NCBI GenBank assembly: GCA_963677605.2
Contig: CAXXDX010000003.1
Location: forward strand, 34,962 to 98,961
Direction of reading: 5' to 3'
Length of the DNA stretch: 64,000 nt
Source: Christensenellaceae bacterium
GTDB lineage: Bacteria; Bacillota; Clostridia; Christensenellales; UMGS416
The notes under the pieces are model-generated. The model was not told the origin of the DNA. It did not search any database and was given only the letters and a program-made list of their open reading frames with translations. Positions 10,053-19,049 of this stretch are shown piece by piece (the first letter of the stretch is position 1; the number at the start of each line of letters is the position of its first letter). Both the position numbers and the translations under genes were made by a program.

Positions 10053-11093
10053 ATGGAAAATATAATGAAAGTATGGCAGCAGACAGACATCTTAAAGCAG
10101 GAAATGGTCACAGAAGAAATTCCAAAGCCTGCAAAGGGAGAAGTGTTAATAAAGGTAAAATGTACAGGCATATGCGGATCTGACCTGCATTATCTGGAGC
10201 ATGGGAAAATAGGCGACTTTGTTGTTGATTATCCTTTTGTGCTTGGGCACGAAAGCGCAGGAGTAGTAACTGAAGTCGGAGAAGGGGTCACTTCGCTTAA
10301 AGTGGGCGACAGGGTGGCGATGGAACCCGGATATACCTGCGGGAAGTGCGAGTTCTGCAAAACAGGAAGGTATAACCTTTGCCCTGATGTAGTGTTTTTT
10401 GCGACGCCTCCATATGACGGAACACTTTCAGAGTATGTTGCCCACCCTGAACATATGTGCTTTAAACTGTCGGATAAGGTAAGCTTTTGCGAAGGTGCAT
10501 TGATTGAGCCATTAGCCGTGGGGTTTCATGCAGCAAAACAGGGGAATGCAACAGCAGGACAGACAGCAATGGTTGTAGGCTGCGGATGTATTGGGCTTGT
10601 AACCATGCTTGCACTAAAGTCAATGGGCGTGTCAAAAGTGTATATGTCTGATGTGATTGATGTACGAATTAAGAAAGCGCATGACATGGGTGCAGACGGA
10701 GTGTTCAACCCAATTACTCAGGATGTCGAAGCGGAGCTTAAAAAAGCAACTGACGGCAAAGGAGTTGATTTGGTTATTGAGACTGCCGGAAACCAGAAGG
10801 CACAGTCTCAGTGTGTGGATTTAGTTAAGACGGGCGGAACGATAGTGTATGTCGGAATGGCAGCGGATGCAATTACACCGATAGATATAAATCAGCTTAT
10901 TAACAAAGAAGCTTCGATAAAAACAGTGTTCAGATACAAGAACTTATATCCGACTGCGATTTCAGCAGTTGAAAACGGACTTCCATTAAAAGACATCGTA
11001 TCAGATAGTTTTACATTTGATGAAGCGGACAAAGCATTTGAATATAATATAAAAAACAAAGCGGATGTGACAAAAATCGTTATTGAATATTGA
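10053..11093 (+). CDS. Zinc-dependent MDR alcohol/polyol dehydrogenase (sorbitol/L-iditol dehydrogenase-like)
   Basis: GICGSDLHY, GHESAG (catalytic Zn ligands), CGKCEFCKTGRYNLC (structural Zn Cys cluster) and GCGCIGL Rossmann motif. Alternative start ATG 10065 is possible. Confidence 0.85.
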   Translation: MENIMKVWQQTDILKQEMVTEEIPKPAKGEVLIKVKCTGICGSDLHYLEHGKIGDFVVDYPFVLGHESAGVVTEVGEGVTSLKVGDRVAMEPGYTCGKCEFCKTGRYNLCPDVVFFATPPYDGTLSEYVAHPEHMCFKLSDKVSFCEGALIEPLAVGFHAAKQGNATAGQTAMVVGCGCIGLVTMLALKSMGVSKVYMSDVIDVRIKKAHDMGADGVFNPITQDVEAELKKATDGKGVDLVIETAGNQKAQSQCVDLVKTGGTIVYVGMAADAITPIDINQLINKEASIKTVFRYKNLYPTAISAVENGLPLKDIVSDSFTFDEADKAFEYNIKNKADVTKIVIEY

Positions 11094-11181
11094 TGTAAAC
11101 TGATGATGTGTAGTGCCTTTTAATAATATTTGCAATCAACACTGTTATTTAAAATATATAACTGATTTCAAGGAGATTCCC

Positions 11182-13065
11182 ATGGATAAATATAAATATA
11201 ATTCGTTGCCGCTTAATACTGTTAAGCTTACAGACGATAGATTAATTTCCAGAAGAAAAGATAATTATGATTATCTTATGAAACTGACAAATGATAATCT
11301 AATGAGAAACTATGAATTCGAAGCCGGATTGATGCAGTATGATCATTATCCTTCCGGCATACACGGAGGATGGGAAAATCCTTATTGTCAGCTGAGAGGA
11401 CATTTTTTAGGGCACTGGCTTTCAGGAGCTGCACAAAACTATGCAGCGACAGGTGATATTCAGATAAAGGCAAAAGCGGATGCAATTATTGAGCGCCTGG
11501 CTGTGTGCCAGATGGAAAACGGTGGACGGTGGGCAGGCTCAATACCGGAAAAATATCTTGATAGAGTTGCAAAACACAAGTTTGTCTGGGCACCTCAATA
11601 CGCTTTCCATAAAACATTTATGGGGTTGCTTGATATGTATGAATACGCAGGTAATCAGCAAGCTCTGGAAATAGCAGAAAATTGGGCTGAATGGTTTTTG
11701 GAGTGGAGCGCGAAGTTCACAAGAGAACAGTTTGATGACATTCTTGATATGGAAACCGGAGGAATGCTTGAAATCTGGGCTAGAATGTATGGGTTCACTG
11801 GTAAAGACTGCTATTGTGTTTTGATGGACCGTTATTACAGAGGCCGTCTGTTTGATACTTTGTTGGCAGGGCATGATGTACTGACAAATATGCATGCTAA
11901 CACAACAATACCTGAAGTAATAGGTGCAGCGATTGCGTATCATGTAACACAGGAGGATAAGTGGCTAGATATATGTAAAGCTTATTGGAACATGGCTGTT
12001 ACCGTAAGAGGTATGTTCTGTACAGGAGGTCAGACACTTGGAGAAGTTTGGACTCCGCCGCAGTCTCAGCAGGCGAGGTTGGGAGACAAAAATCAAGAGT
12101 TTTGTACTGTCTATAATATGATGAGGCTGGCTGATTTTCTATTCAAAGTCACCGGAGAATCACATTATTTGGATTATTATGAACGGAACTTATATAATGG
12201 CATATTCGCTCAATCATATTGGAATGGATGGCTGCCCAACGGAGCTAAATCAGAATATCCTCTTTTTGGACTTTTGACATATTTTCTGCCTTTGATGCCC
12301 GGCGGAAGAAAAGCTTGGGCGTCAGAAACTGATGACTTTTTCTGTTGTCATGGGACACTTGTTCAGGCAAACGCCAGCCATCATGAAGGACTGGTATATT
12401 CAAATGATGATTCGATTGTAATCGGACAATATTTTGGAATGGAAACAGAGTGTGAATTGTCAGCCGGAAAGGTAGCATTTGAAATTGATATTGAGACCTT
12501 GTCTGGGCATAGGTTGTGGAGCAACAACTCGGTTCAGAACCAAATGACTGAACCGATAACAACAAAAATTCCCAATAATCCAAACAAAATGGCGTTTTAT
12601 GTAAGGATGAGAGAAACCAACGGAGCTGAGTTTTCTTTGAAAATCAGAGTTCCGTGGTGGATAAAAGGCAAACCTGTTGTAAAGATTAATGGTGAGCAAA
12701 AAGAGATAGCTGCAATTGGTGGATTTATCGATATAAAGCGCTTGTGGCAAAAAGATGATGAAGTTTATGTGGAACTGCCGAGAGGACTCCATTGCTGGCT
12801 GCTTCCTGATGCGCCGGAGATGGTGGCATTCATGGACGGGCCTGTTGTTTTGGCTGGTATGGCAGATGAAGAACGTACATTATATGGAGACATTTCCAGT
12901 CCAAACACGATGCTCAGAGCAGACAATGAAAGACAGTGGGGAACATGGAACACGGATTATTACACATTGGGGCATGATAACGGATTTAGGTTTATACCGA
13001 TTTACAAAGTAGGTTATGAACCATATACAGTTTATTTTAATGTGAAACCTATCGAAAAATCATAA
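11182..13065 (+). CDS. GH127 / DUF1680-family glycoside hydrolase (putative beta-L-arabinofuranosidase)
   Basis: About 627 aa. QEFC and FFCCHGT motifs match the Glu-x-Cys and Cys-Cys Zn/nucleophile positions described for HypBA1-type GH127 enzymes. Start moved to ATG 11182, preceded by aaggag. Confidence 0.8.
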   Translation: MDKYKYNSLPLNTVKLTDDRLISRRKDNYDYLMKLTNDNLMRNYEFEAGLMQYDHYPSGIHGGWENPYCQLRGHFLGHWLSGAAQNYAATGDIQIKAKADAIIERLAVCQMENGGRWAGSIPEKYLDRVAKHKFVWAPQYAFHKTFMGLLDMYEYAGNQQALEIAENWAEWFLEWSAKFTREQFDDILDMETGGMLEIWARMYGFTGKDCYCVLMDRYYRGRLFDTLLAGHDVLTNMHANTTIPEVIGAAIAYHVTQEDKWLDICKAYWNMAVTVRGMFCTGGQTLGEVWTPPQSQQARLGDKNQEFCTVYNMMRLADFLFKVTGESHYLDYYERNLYNGIFAQSYWNGWLPNGAKSEYPLFGLLTYFLPLMPGGRKAWASETDDFFCCHGTLVQANASHHEGLVYSNDDSIVIGQYFGMETECELSAGKVAFEIDIETLSGHRLWSNNSVQNQMTEPITTKIPNNPNKMAFYVRMRETNGAEFSLKIRVPWWIKGKPVVKINGEQKEIAAIGGFIDIKRLWQKDDEVYVELPRGLHCWLLPDAPEMVAFMDGPVVLAGMADEERTLYGDISSPNTMLRADNERQWGTWNTDYYTLGHDNGFRFIPIYKVGYEPYTVYFNVKPIEKS

Positions 13066-13195
13066 CTATTTACTTGCTTTAGCATAAATAGACATTGGGA
13101 TATAATAGATGAGTAAGCTGTAGAGTTTTTGATTGACAATTTATCGCAGACAACAAAGTATATCGACGTATTCTATTGTGAAAGGATAAGGTGTT

Positions 13196-15043
13196 ATGGA
13201 GAGTAAACTAATTAAGATAAGACCATTCAATTACAAGAACGTAAATCTTGATGATGGATTTTTTAAAAATCAGGTTGATGAGGCGATCAGATTTTATTTG
13301 GAAATATCAAATGATTCGCTGCTTTACAGATTTCGTCAGAATGCGGGGTTTAAAGCACCAGGTGTGCCTCTACAGGGCTGGTATGGAAGTGGACCATCTG
13401 TTAATCTTGGGCAGTTTATAACAGCGTTTGTTAAGCTTTATACTGCCACCGGTGATGAAAGGCTTAAAGAAAAAGCTCTTTATTTGACAAACGAGCTGAT
13501 GATGTGTTGGGACGCATCGGATGAATTACTTAAAAATAGACCATACTCCTTCGAAAAATGGCTTGCTATGCTTATGGACTTAAATGAGTATCTAAGCTTT
13601 GATAAAGAGAGAGTGACACACTACATGAACCGCCTTTTGGAATTTGCGGAAACCGGCTTTAAAAAAGACATTCTTCGCGATGGTATCCAAAATGAGAATC
13701 TTACAGATAACAATATGGGCGAATGGTATACTATGGGCGAACAGCTATACAGAGCATATCAGTTTACAGAAGATGAGCGGTACAAAGAATTCGCCCAAGA
13801 GTGGGAGTATCCTTTTTACTGGGATAAATTCTTGTCCGGTGAACCTCAATACTTTGGCGGAAGGCATGCATATAGCCACGTTAACACATTCAGCAGCGCA
13901 GCGCGTGCATACCTTGTAAAAAAGGAAGAGCGATATCTTGATATCATGAAAGGTGCGTATGACGAGTTAACAAAACATCATACTTATGCCACTGGAGGAT
14001 ATGGACCGTCAGAGACACTGTTTGTAGACAATCCCGCATATCTCGGAAATTCACTGGAGCCTTTATTTGTGTCAGAGCATGAAAAAAATATTGAAGAACT
14101 TATGTTTAATGCTTTTGACGGAACAAAAAAGATACGCGATGATGCAATGGCTCAATGCGAAGTATCATGCTGCACTTGGGCAGTGTTTAAAATGTGTAAT
14201 TATCTTCTGCAGTTCACGGGAGAAGCACGATTTGGTGACTGGGCTGAAAGGATGATGATAAATTCTGTAGGAGCTCTGCCGCCTGTAAAGCCTGGCGGAC
14301 ATATACTTTACTATGAGAGTTACTACCAAAACGGCGGTTATAAAAGTGTTTATGATAGAAGGATATGGCCGGATACAGGTGTAACGTTTGCATGGGTGTG
14401 CTGCACAGGAACTTTTCCTCAGGATATGGCTGAATATTACAATATGCTTTACTACCACGATGATAAAAGCTTGCATGTGACTCAGTATCTGCCAAGCAAA
14501 GTTTTTTGGGAAAAAGATGGTGCTGAAATTGAAGTGACTAACTTTTCACAGTATCCTTTCGAAGAGAAAGTTAATTTTTTGATTCACACAAACAAACCTG
14601 TCGGTTTTGCTCTTAAACTTCGAGTTCCATCATGGCTGAAACAAGGGGCTAAGATACTGATTAACGGAGCTAAAACTGATATAAATGCCGAACCAAACAC
14701 CTGGGCAATCATCGAAAGAGAATGGAAAGATGGCGATATTGTGACTATGGATTTTCCTTTTGACCTATATTTCAAGCCTGTGGATGATAAACACCCAAAC
14801 CTTATGGCGCTGATGTGTGGTCCTATAGTTCTTGTAACAGATGAGATTGTACGGCTTAAGGGCGATTGGGAACATCCGGAAGATTGGATAAAGCCTGTAA
14901 AAGACAAATGGATGACATTTATTACTGAAAAAGGTCATGTGGATGCTTACGACCATCTTACACGAAAGTTCTACCCATATTTCATAGTAGGTGAGATGGA
15001 GTGGTACTTCATGTATAATCTGGTGGTTCCGGAGAAAAGTTAA
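13196..15043 (+). CDS. GH127 / DUF1680-family glycoside hydrolase, second paralog
   Basis: 615 aa, same overall architecture as 11182-13065. Cys-Cys dyad in WVCCTGTF and a Cys-rich CEVSCC segment. RBS aaggtg. Confidence 0.75.
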   Translation: MESKLIKIRPFNYKNVNLDDGFFKNQVDEAIRFYLEISNDSLLYRFRQNAGFKAPGVPLQGWYGSGPSVNLGQFITAFVKLYTATGDERLKEKALYLTNELMMCWDASDELLKNRPYSFEKWLAMLMDLNEYLSFDKERVTHYMNRLLEFAETGFKKDILRDGIQNENLTDNNMGEWYTMGEQLYRAYQFTEDERYKEFAQEWEYPFYWDKFLSGEPQYFGGRHAYSHVNTFSSAARAYLVKKEERYLDIMKGAYDELTKHHTYATGGYGPSETLFVDNPAYLGNSLEPLFVSEHEKNIEELMFNAFDGTKKIRDDAMAQCEVSCCTWAVFKMCNYLLQFTGEARFGDWAERMMINSVGALPPVKPGGHILYYESYYQNGGYKSVYDRRIWPDTGVTFAWVCCTGTFPQDMAEYYNMLYYHDDKSLHVTQYLPSKVFWEKDGAEIEVTNFSQYPFEEKVNFLIHTNKPVGFALKLRVPSWLKQGAKILINGAKTDINAEPNTWAIIEREWKDGDIVTMDFPFDLYFKPVDDKHPNLMALMCGPIVLVTDEIVRLKGDWEHPEDWIKPVKDKWMTFITEKGHVDAYDHLTRKFYPYFIVGEMEWYFMYNLVVPEKS

Positions 15044-15094
15044 AAAACTAAAATAAACGAACTAAAAAATATTATATAAAGATTGGAGAAAATA

Positions 15095-16390
15095 ATGAAG
15101 CCACTTAAAGATTATAGTTTTATCCAAGGATTTAACTATACACAGAGTAACGTTTGGACTGATACTAACTTTTGGGAAGAATATGATCATGAAATTGTTG
15201 ACAGAGAAATGGGATATGCCCAAAGGCTTAACTTAAACAGTGCTCGTGTATTCCTTACATATTCGTCATATGCTAAAGATAAGAAAAAATTCTTGAGCAA
15301 TGTAAAAGATTATGTAAAAACAGCATGGTTACACGGAATTTCGACTAATCCTATTATTTATCATGGTTTAAGGGTTCATCCGGAAGATTTTAAACCACAG
15401 ATAATAGATCAAGGGCAGGGCTGGCCCATTCCGAAGATGATTCAGGACAAAAGCAGTTGGAATCTTTTAGAGGAATATTTTGATGATTTATATAATGCTA
15501 TCGGGCAGGAGCCGGGACTTTTATTCTGGGACATTTCAAATGAACCGGGATATAGATTGCCGAACAATGCAACATGGTATCCTGAAGAACCTGAATATAT
15601 GCGTGAAGGCTTTGAAGAACCGGATCTTGAAGAGCTTCGACGAAAGCAGGAAGTTGTCTGGGAATTTATACGTCATTTTTGTATATATGTTAAGTCTAAA
15701 GATCCTGTAAATGCTATCGGCGTGGGGAACACTTTCATATACGAAACACAAGCCAGCAAAACAGCAGATTTGGTTGATATTATTATATTCCATGATTATT
15801 CTGAAACAAGGAGCCGCACAAGACTAATATACGATATGGCGAAACAATTGGGTGAGGAGTATGACAAACCTGTTATAAATAATGAGACAGCATGTCTGTG
15901 CCGTGCCAATCCATATGATATGGTTCTTGAAATATTGCCGGAGTATGGCTTTGGATGGTACTTGTTTGAGCTTATGGTAGGCAGCGATGTATGGAACCGT
16001 GTGCATGGCATTGTCTATCCGGATGGCACTGTGCGTGATCCTAGTATTGTGTCAGCTCTGTTTGGTTTCTTTAGAAATCGCAGTGAAAGTGCAATATATC
16101 CTGATGTTAATCAGGAAAATCATGCTCAAAAAGCTATAAAGCTTGCAGAAAAGGCTATTAATAACTCTAGAAATGGGTTCAAAGGAGATCGTAGCAATGA
16201 TACTGATGAAATGCTTGAAGCTTGTGAATACATTTCTAATATTTTAGAAGCAGGCGAGCATGTTCCTATGGATTATCCACCTACGGCAAGAGTGGCAAAT
16301 TATCGCAGACAGGAGAAGCCGGACTCTACCGAGATTAAAAAATGGTTGTATGAGTTAATTGGGATGTTGAAAAATGCATGTAATATTTGA
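15095..16390 (+). CDS. TIM-barrel glycoside hydrolase, clan GH-A-like, family unassigned
   Basis: WDISNEPG (Asn-Glu-Pro acid/base signature of clan GH-A) and a later NNETAC candidate nucleophile Glu. No signal peptide. Start moved to ATG 15095 behind ggaga. Confidence 0.55.
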   Translation: MKPLKDYSFIQGFNYTQSNVWTDTNFWEEYDHEIVDREMGYAQRLNLNSARVFLTYSSYAKDKKKFLSNVKDYVKTAWLHGISTNPIIYHGLRVHPEDFKPQIIDQGQGWPIPKMIQDKSSWNLLEEYFDDLYNAIGQEPGLLFWDISNEPGYRLPNNATWYPEEPEYMREGFEEPDLEELRRKQEVVWEFIRHFCIYVKSKDPVNAIGVGNTFIYETQASKTADLVDIIIFHDYSETRSRTRLIYDMAKQLGEEYDKPVINNETACLCRANPYDMVLEILPEYGFGWYLFELMVGSDVWNRVHGIVYPDGTVRDPSIVSALFGFFRNRSESAIYPDVNQENHAQKAIKLAEKAINNSRNGFKGDRSNDTDEMLEACEYISNILEAGEHVPMDYPPTARVANYRRQEKPDSTEIKKWLYELIGMLKNACNI

Positions 16391-16551
16391 AAATAGTAAT
16401 GGTAGATAAAATATTATAATTATTGTAAACGGTATTGAGTGGTATAAAAGATGGTAAAAAATATCTTATGATTACATTCCAATAAAGTAATAAAAGTTAA
16501 TGGTTTTTTTGAATTTCGTATGTATTATAATATTAAAATTAGGAGAACAAT

Positions 16552-17027
16552 ATGAAACGAAGTGAAATAAATGCAGCAATAAAGCGTATGGAATGTTAAT
16601 AGATAAATGTCGGTTCAAATTACCACCTTTCTGAAGCTTTACGCCCGAAGAATGGGAGAGTAAAGATAGCTCATATGACGAAGTGCGCGACAATATGCTT
16701 TGCTGGGAGGTAACAAACTACGGCGAAAGTAAGATTGAGGAGTTTGGATTTGCACTGATAACACTCAGAAATGGTAATCTGAATGATGAAAAGTATACCA
16801 AATCATATACCAAGAAACTGCTTATGCTGGAAGAAGGACAGTATGTACCCATACACTTCTATTGGAACAAGATGAAGAACAACATAAACCGCTGCTGTAG
16901 TAATGTTTTAATTGAAGTATATAACTCAACAGATGATGAAGAGTTTGCAGATACTGATGTAAAGATAAACATCGATGGTTGGGGGATATTGCTAAAGATA
17001 TCTTATACATTTTATTGTTGTGCTTAG
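16552..17027 (+). pseudogene. Degraded D-lyxose/D-mannose-family sugar isomerase (cupin) pseudogene
   Basis: ATG 16552 with aggaga RBS encodes MKRSEINAAIKRMEC followed by TAA TAG. After a frameshift the homologous text continues as FKLPPF-TGA-SFTPEEWESKDSSYDEVRDNMLCWEVTNYG...TLRNGNLNDEKYTKSYTKKLLMLEEGQYVPIHFYWNKM..INR...LIEVYNSTDDEEFADTDVKINIDG. It then ends prematurely. The text matches my memory of the family consensus (LPPFAFWTPEEW, DEIRDNMLGWDITDFG, TLRNGN, HFHW, INRGGGNL), with His-to-Tyr in HFHW. Confidence 0.8.
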
Positions 17028-17447
17028 GATAATTTAATTAATATTGTTGTTAACATTAGTAGTTTCCTTGTTGTTTTTGTAGTACCTTCGGCACCAACAA
17101 TGGGACACGATAAAGTATCCCTATCGTAGTTAGAACTCGATTCATCTTTGTCTGTGGTAGAAAGGGATAAATCGGGTTTTATTTTTATCATCATTTTCAC
17201 ATGATTATCATATACAGTAACTCTAACCTGCCCCTAGAAACACTTCCGAACTGAAAGTGATTTTCGATACAAGCATTTTCAGCTTCTGGAGACATATTAC
17301 ATATTATTAAGCTCCTTTAATCCTAAGATTAGGTATCAGTTAATACAATGGAGGAATTGATGTTTATTCAGTATTTATCTAAGTTAATTCTGTATTCATT
17401 GGGATTATTCCAAAGATTAGCATGGATTAATAACAAGATTTTTTACA

Positions 17448-17529
17448 TTGACTAACATATATTAATCTGATATATTACTGATATATCAATTGAAACATTC
17501 AACAGTTGTAATAATCTACATAATAGATA
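17448..17529 (+). promoter_or_regulatory. Promoter/operator cassette copy A (upstream of MFS gene 17775)
   Basis: TTGACT (17448-17453), 17-nt spacer, TATATT (17471-17476). Tandem CTGATATAT repeats at 17467-17475 and 17478-17486. 10-bp palindrome TGATATATCA at 17479-17488. TTCAAC-A-GTTGTA at 17498-17510. Near-identical copy at 22400-22480. Confidence 0.7.
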
Positions 17530-17774
17530 ATTAAATAATATTATAATTCGATTACTAAATAGAATGTTATCTGCTATTTCGAATAGGTTTTGTTTATTAT
17601 CGTGATTGTCTTATTTATTGATGAAATTGCTAATATAATTGGTTTATAAGAGAATGAACAATTTTAGAAAAATTAATAAAAATAAATCACTATTATGTAG
17701 TTTAGTCTAACAATATTAAAAAAGTAAGATAACCACAAAAACAATATTACCAATATTAGTAAAGAGGTGATGTT

Positions 17775-19010
17775 TTGGAGAAAAAAGAAACTATATGGAA
17801 CCCAGCTTTTATTAACCTGATTGTGATATATTTTATTATGAGTATGTCACAGATGATGATGCAGACGCTTATCCCCAAATATGCTGCTTACCTTGGTGCG
17901 GAGGCGACAATCGTTGGAACAGTAGCAAGTATATTTGCAGTAACAGCACTTGCAATAAGGCCGGTCGCAAGCCCAGCCTTTGATAGTTTTAGTAAAAAAA
18001 AGTTATTGGCAATTTCTATGGTAATTATTACGATATCTTTTGTAGGTTATAGCCAGGCAAAGACTATACCGTTCATTATAGCGGCCAGATTACTTCATGG
18101 AATTGGGGTAGGCTGTTCAGGACCTTTATGTCTTGCACTTGCCAGCGATGCTTTACCACAGAATAAGTTTGGAAGTGGAATTGCTATTTTTTCGCTGGGT
18201 ATGGCAATGGCTCAAGCGATAGGGCCAAGTGCTGGATTGAAGCTATTATCATTATTTGGTTATAACAGTACATTTTGGATAGGTGCAGTTATAATGGGTC
18301 TTGCTTGCATATTGATTTTCATCCTAAAAGAAAAAGAAACTGTAAGGTCAAAATACGTGATTACGCTGGAACGAATAATAGCCAAAGAAGCATTACGCCC
18401 TGCTATTATTGTTTTCTTTTTGAGTACGTCTTTTGCATGTATAATGTCTTTTATGGTTATTTACGGAGGCATTAGAGGGATAAATAATATTGGATTATAT
18501 TTTACTGTTTACGCATTATCACTTTTTATAACCAGACCGCTTTTCGGCAATCTTGGCGATAAGTACGGATTTGATAAAGTTTTAATGCCAGGAATTATTT
18601 GTTTTGCTTTATCGTTTGTAATAGTGAGTATGGCTGATAAGCTTTGGTTGTTTTTACTGGCAGCAGTTGTTGCCGCTATGGGTTTTGGTATTTGCCAGCC
18701 TACTATACAGGCAATATGCATGAAAAGCGTGCCAAAAGAAAGACGAGGAGCGGCGGGTAATACAAACTATATAGGTATGGATTGCGGTATGATTGCAGGA
18801 CCGATTTTAGCGGGAATAATTATAGACACCGCTAAAGCTGCTTCGCTTAATGAAGCAAGTGCATATTCTTTAATGTTCCTATTCATGACAGTACCGATGA
18901 TTTTTGCTTTTATATTTTTTATAATGAATAAAAAAAGAATTTTGACTGATAGTAGAAAATATGAAAACTTAGATATCGATGTAAATAAATCTACAATCTG
19001 TGATAGTTAA
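17775..19010 (+). CDS. MFS transporter (paralog 1 of 4)
   Basis: About 12 predicted TM segments. TTG start 6 nt after agaggtga. Shares the N-terminal WN..F motif and the loop RP..(G/S)...D.F.KK with 20874-22073, 37455-38645 and 48876-50078. Confidence 0.85.
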   Translation: MEKKETIWNPAFINLIVIYFIMSMSQMMMQTLIPKYAAYLGAEATIVGTVASIFAVTALAIRPVASPAFDSFSKKKLLAISMVIITISFVGYSQAKTIPFIIAARLLHGIGVGCSGPLCLALASDALPQNKFGSGIAIFSLGMAMAQAIGPSAGLKLLSLFGYNSTFWIGAVIMGLACILIFILKEKETVRSKYVITLERIIAKEALRPAIIVFFLSTSFACIMSFMVIYGGIRGINNIGLYFTVYALSLFITRPLFGNLGDKYGFDKVLMPGIICFALSFVIVSMADKLWLFLLAAVVAAMGFGICQPTIQAICMKSVPKERRGAAGNTNYIGMDCGMIAGPILAGIIIDTAKAASLNEASAYSLMFLFMTVPMIFAFIFFIMNKKRILTDSRKYENLDIDVNKSTICDS

Positions 19011-19049
19011 ATTATATAGAACTACAAACAAGATAGAGGAGACATTTTT

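Noticed and set aside
11113-11181. Upstream extensions of tracked ORFs: 11113 for GH127, 1700 for GH51, 25579 for carboxylesterase 2, 42931 for OppF-2, 43949 for the SBP, 54413 for the hydrolase
   Set aside because: In each case an internal ATG with a properly spaced GGAGG-like RBS gives an N-terminus matching the family or the paralog. The extensions overlap the upstream gene or the RBS itself.
17040-17296. Possible second decayed gene on the minus strand: ATG at 17296 behind aaggag, reading MSPEAENACIENHFQFGSVS..., which continues plausibly after a frameshift as GQVRVTVYDNHVKMMIKIKPDLS...
   Set aside because: I cannot recognise any family. The intact reading frame is only 33 codons and the frameshift reconstruction is subjective. 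Worth a blastx, but not supportable as a feature.
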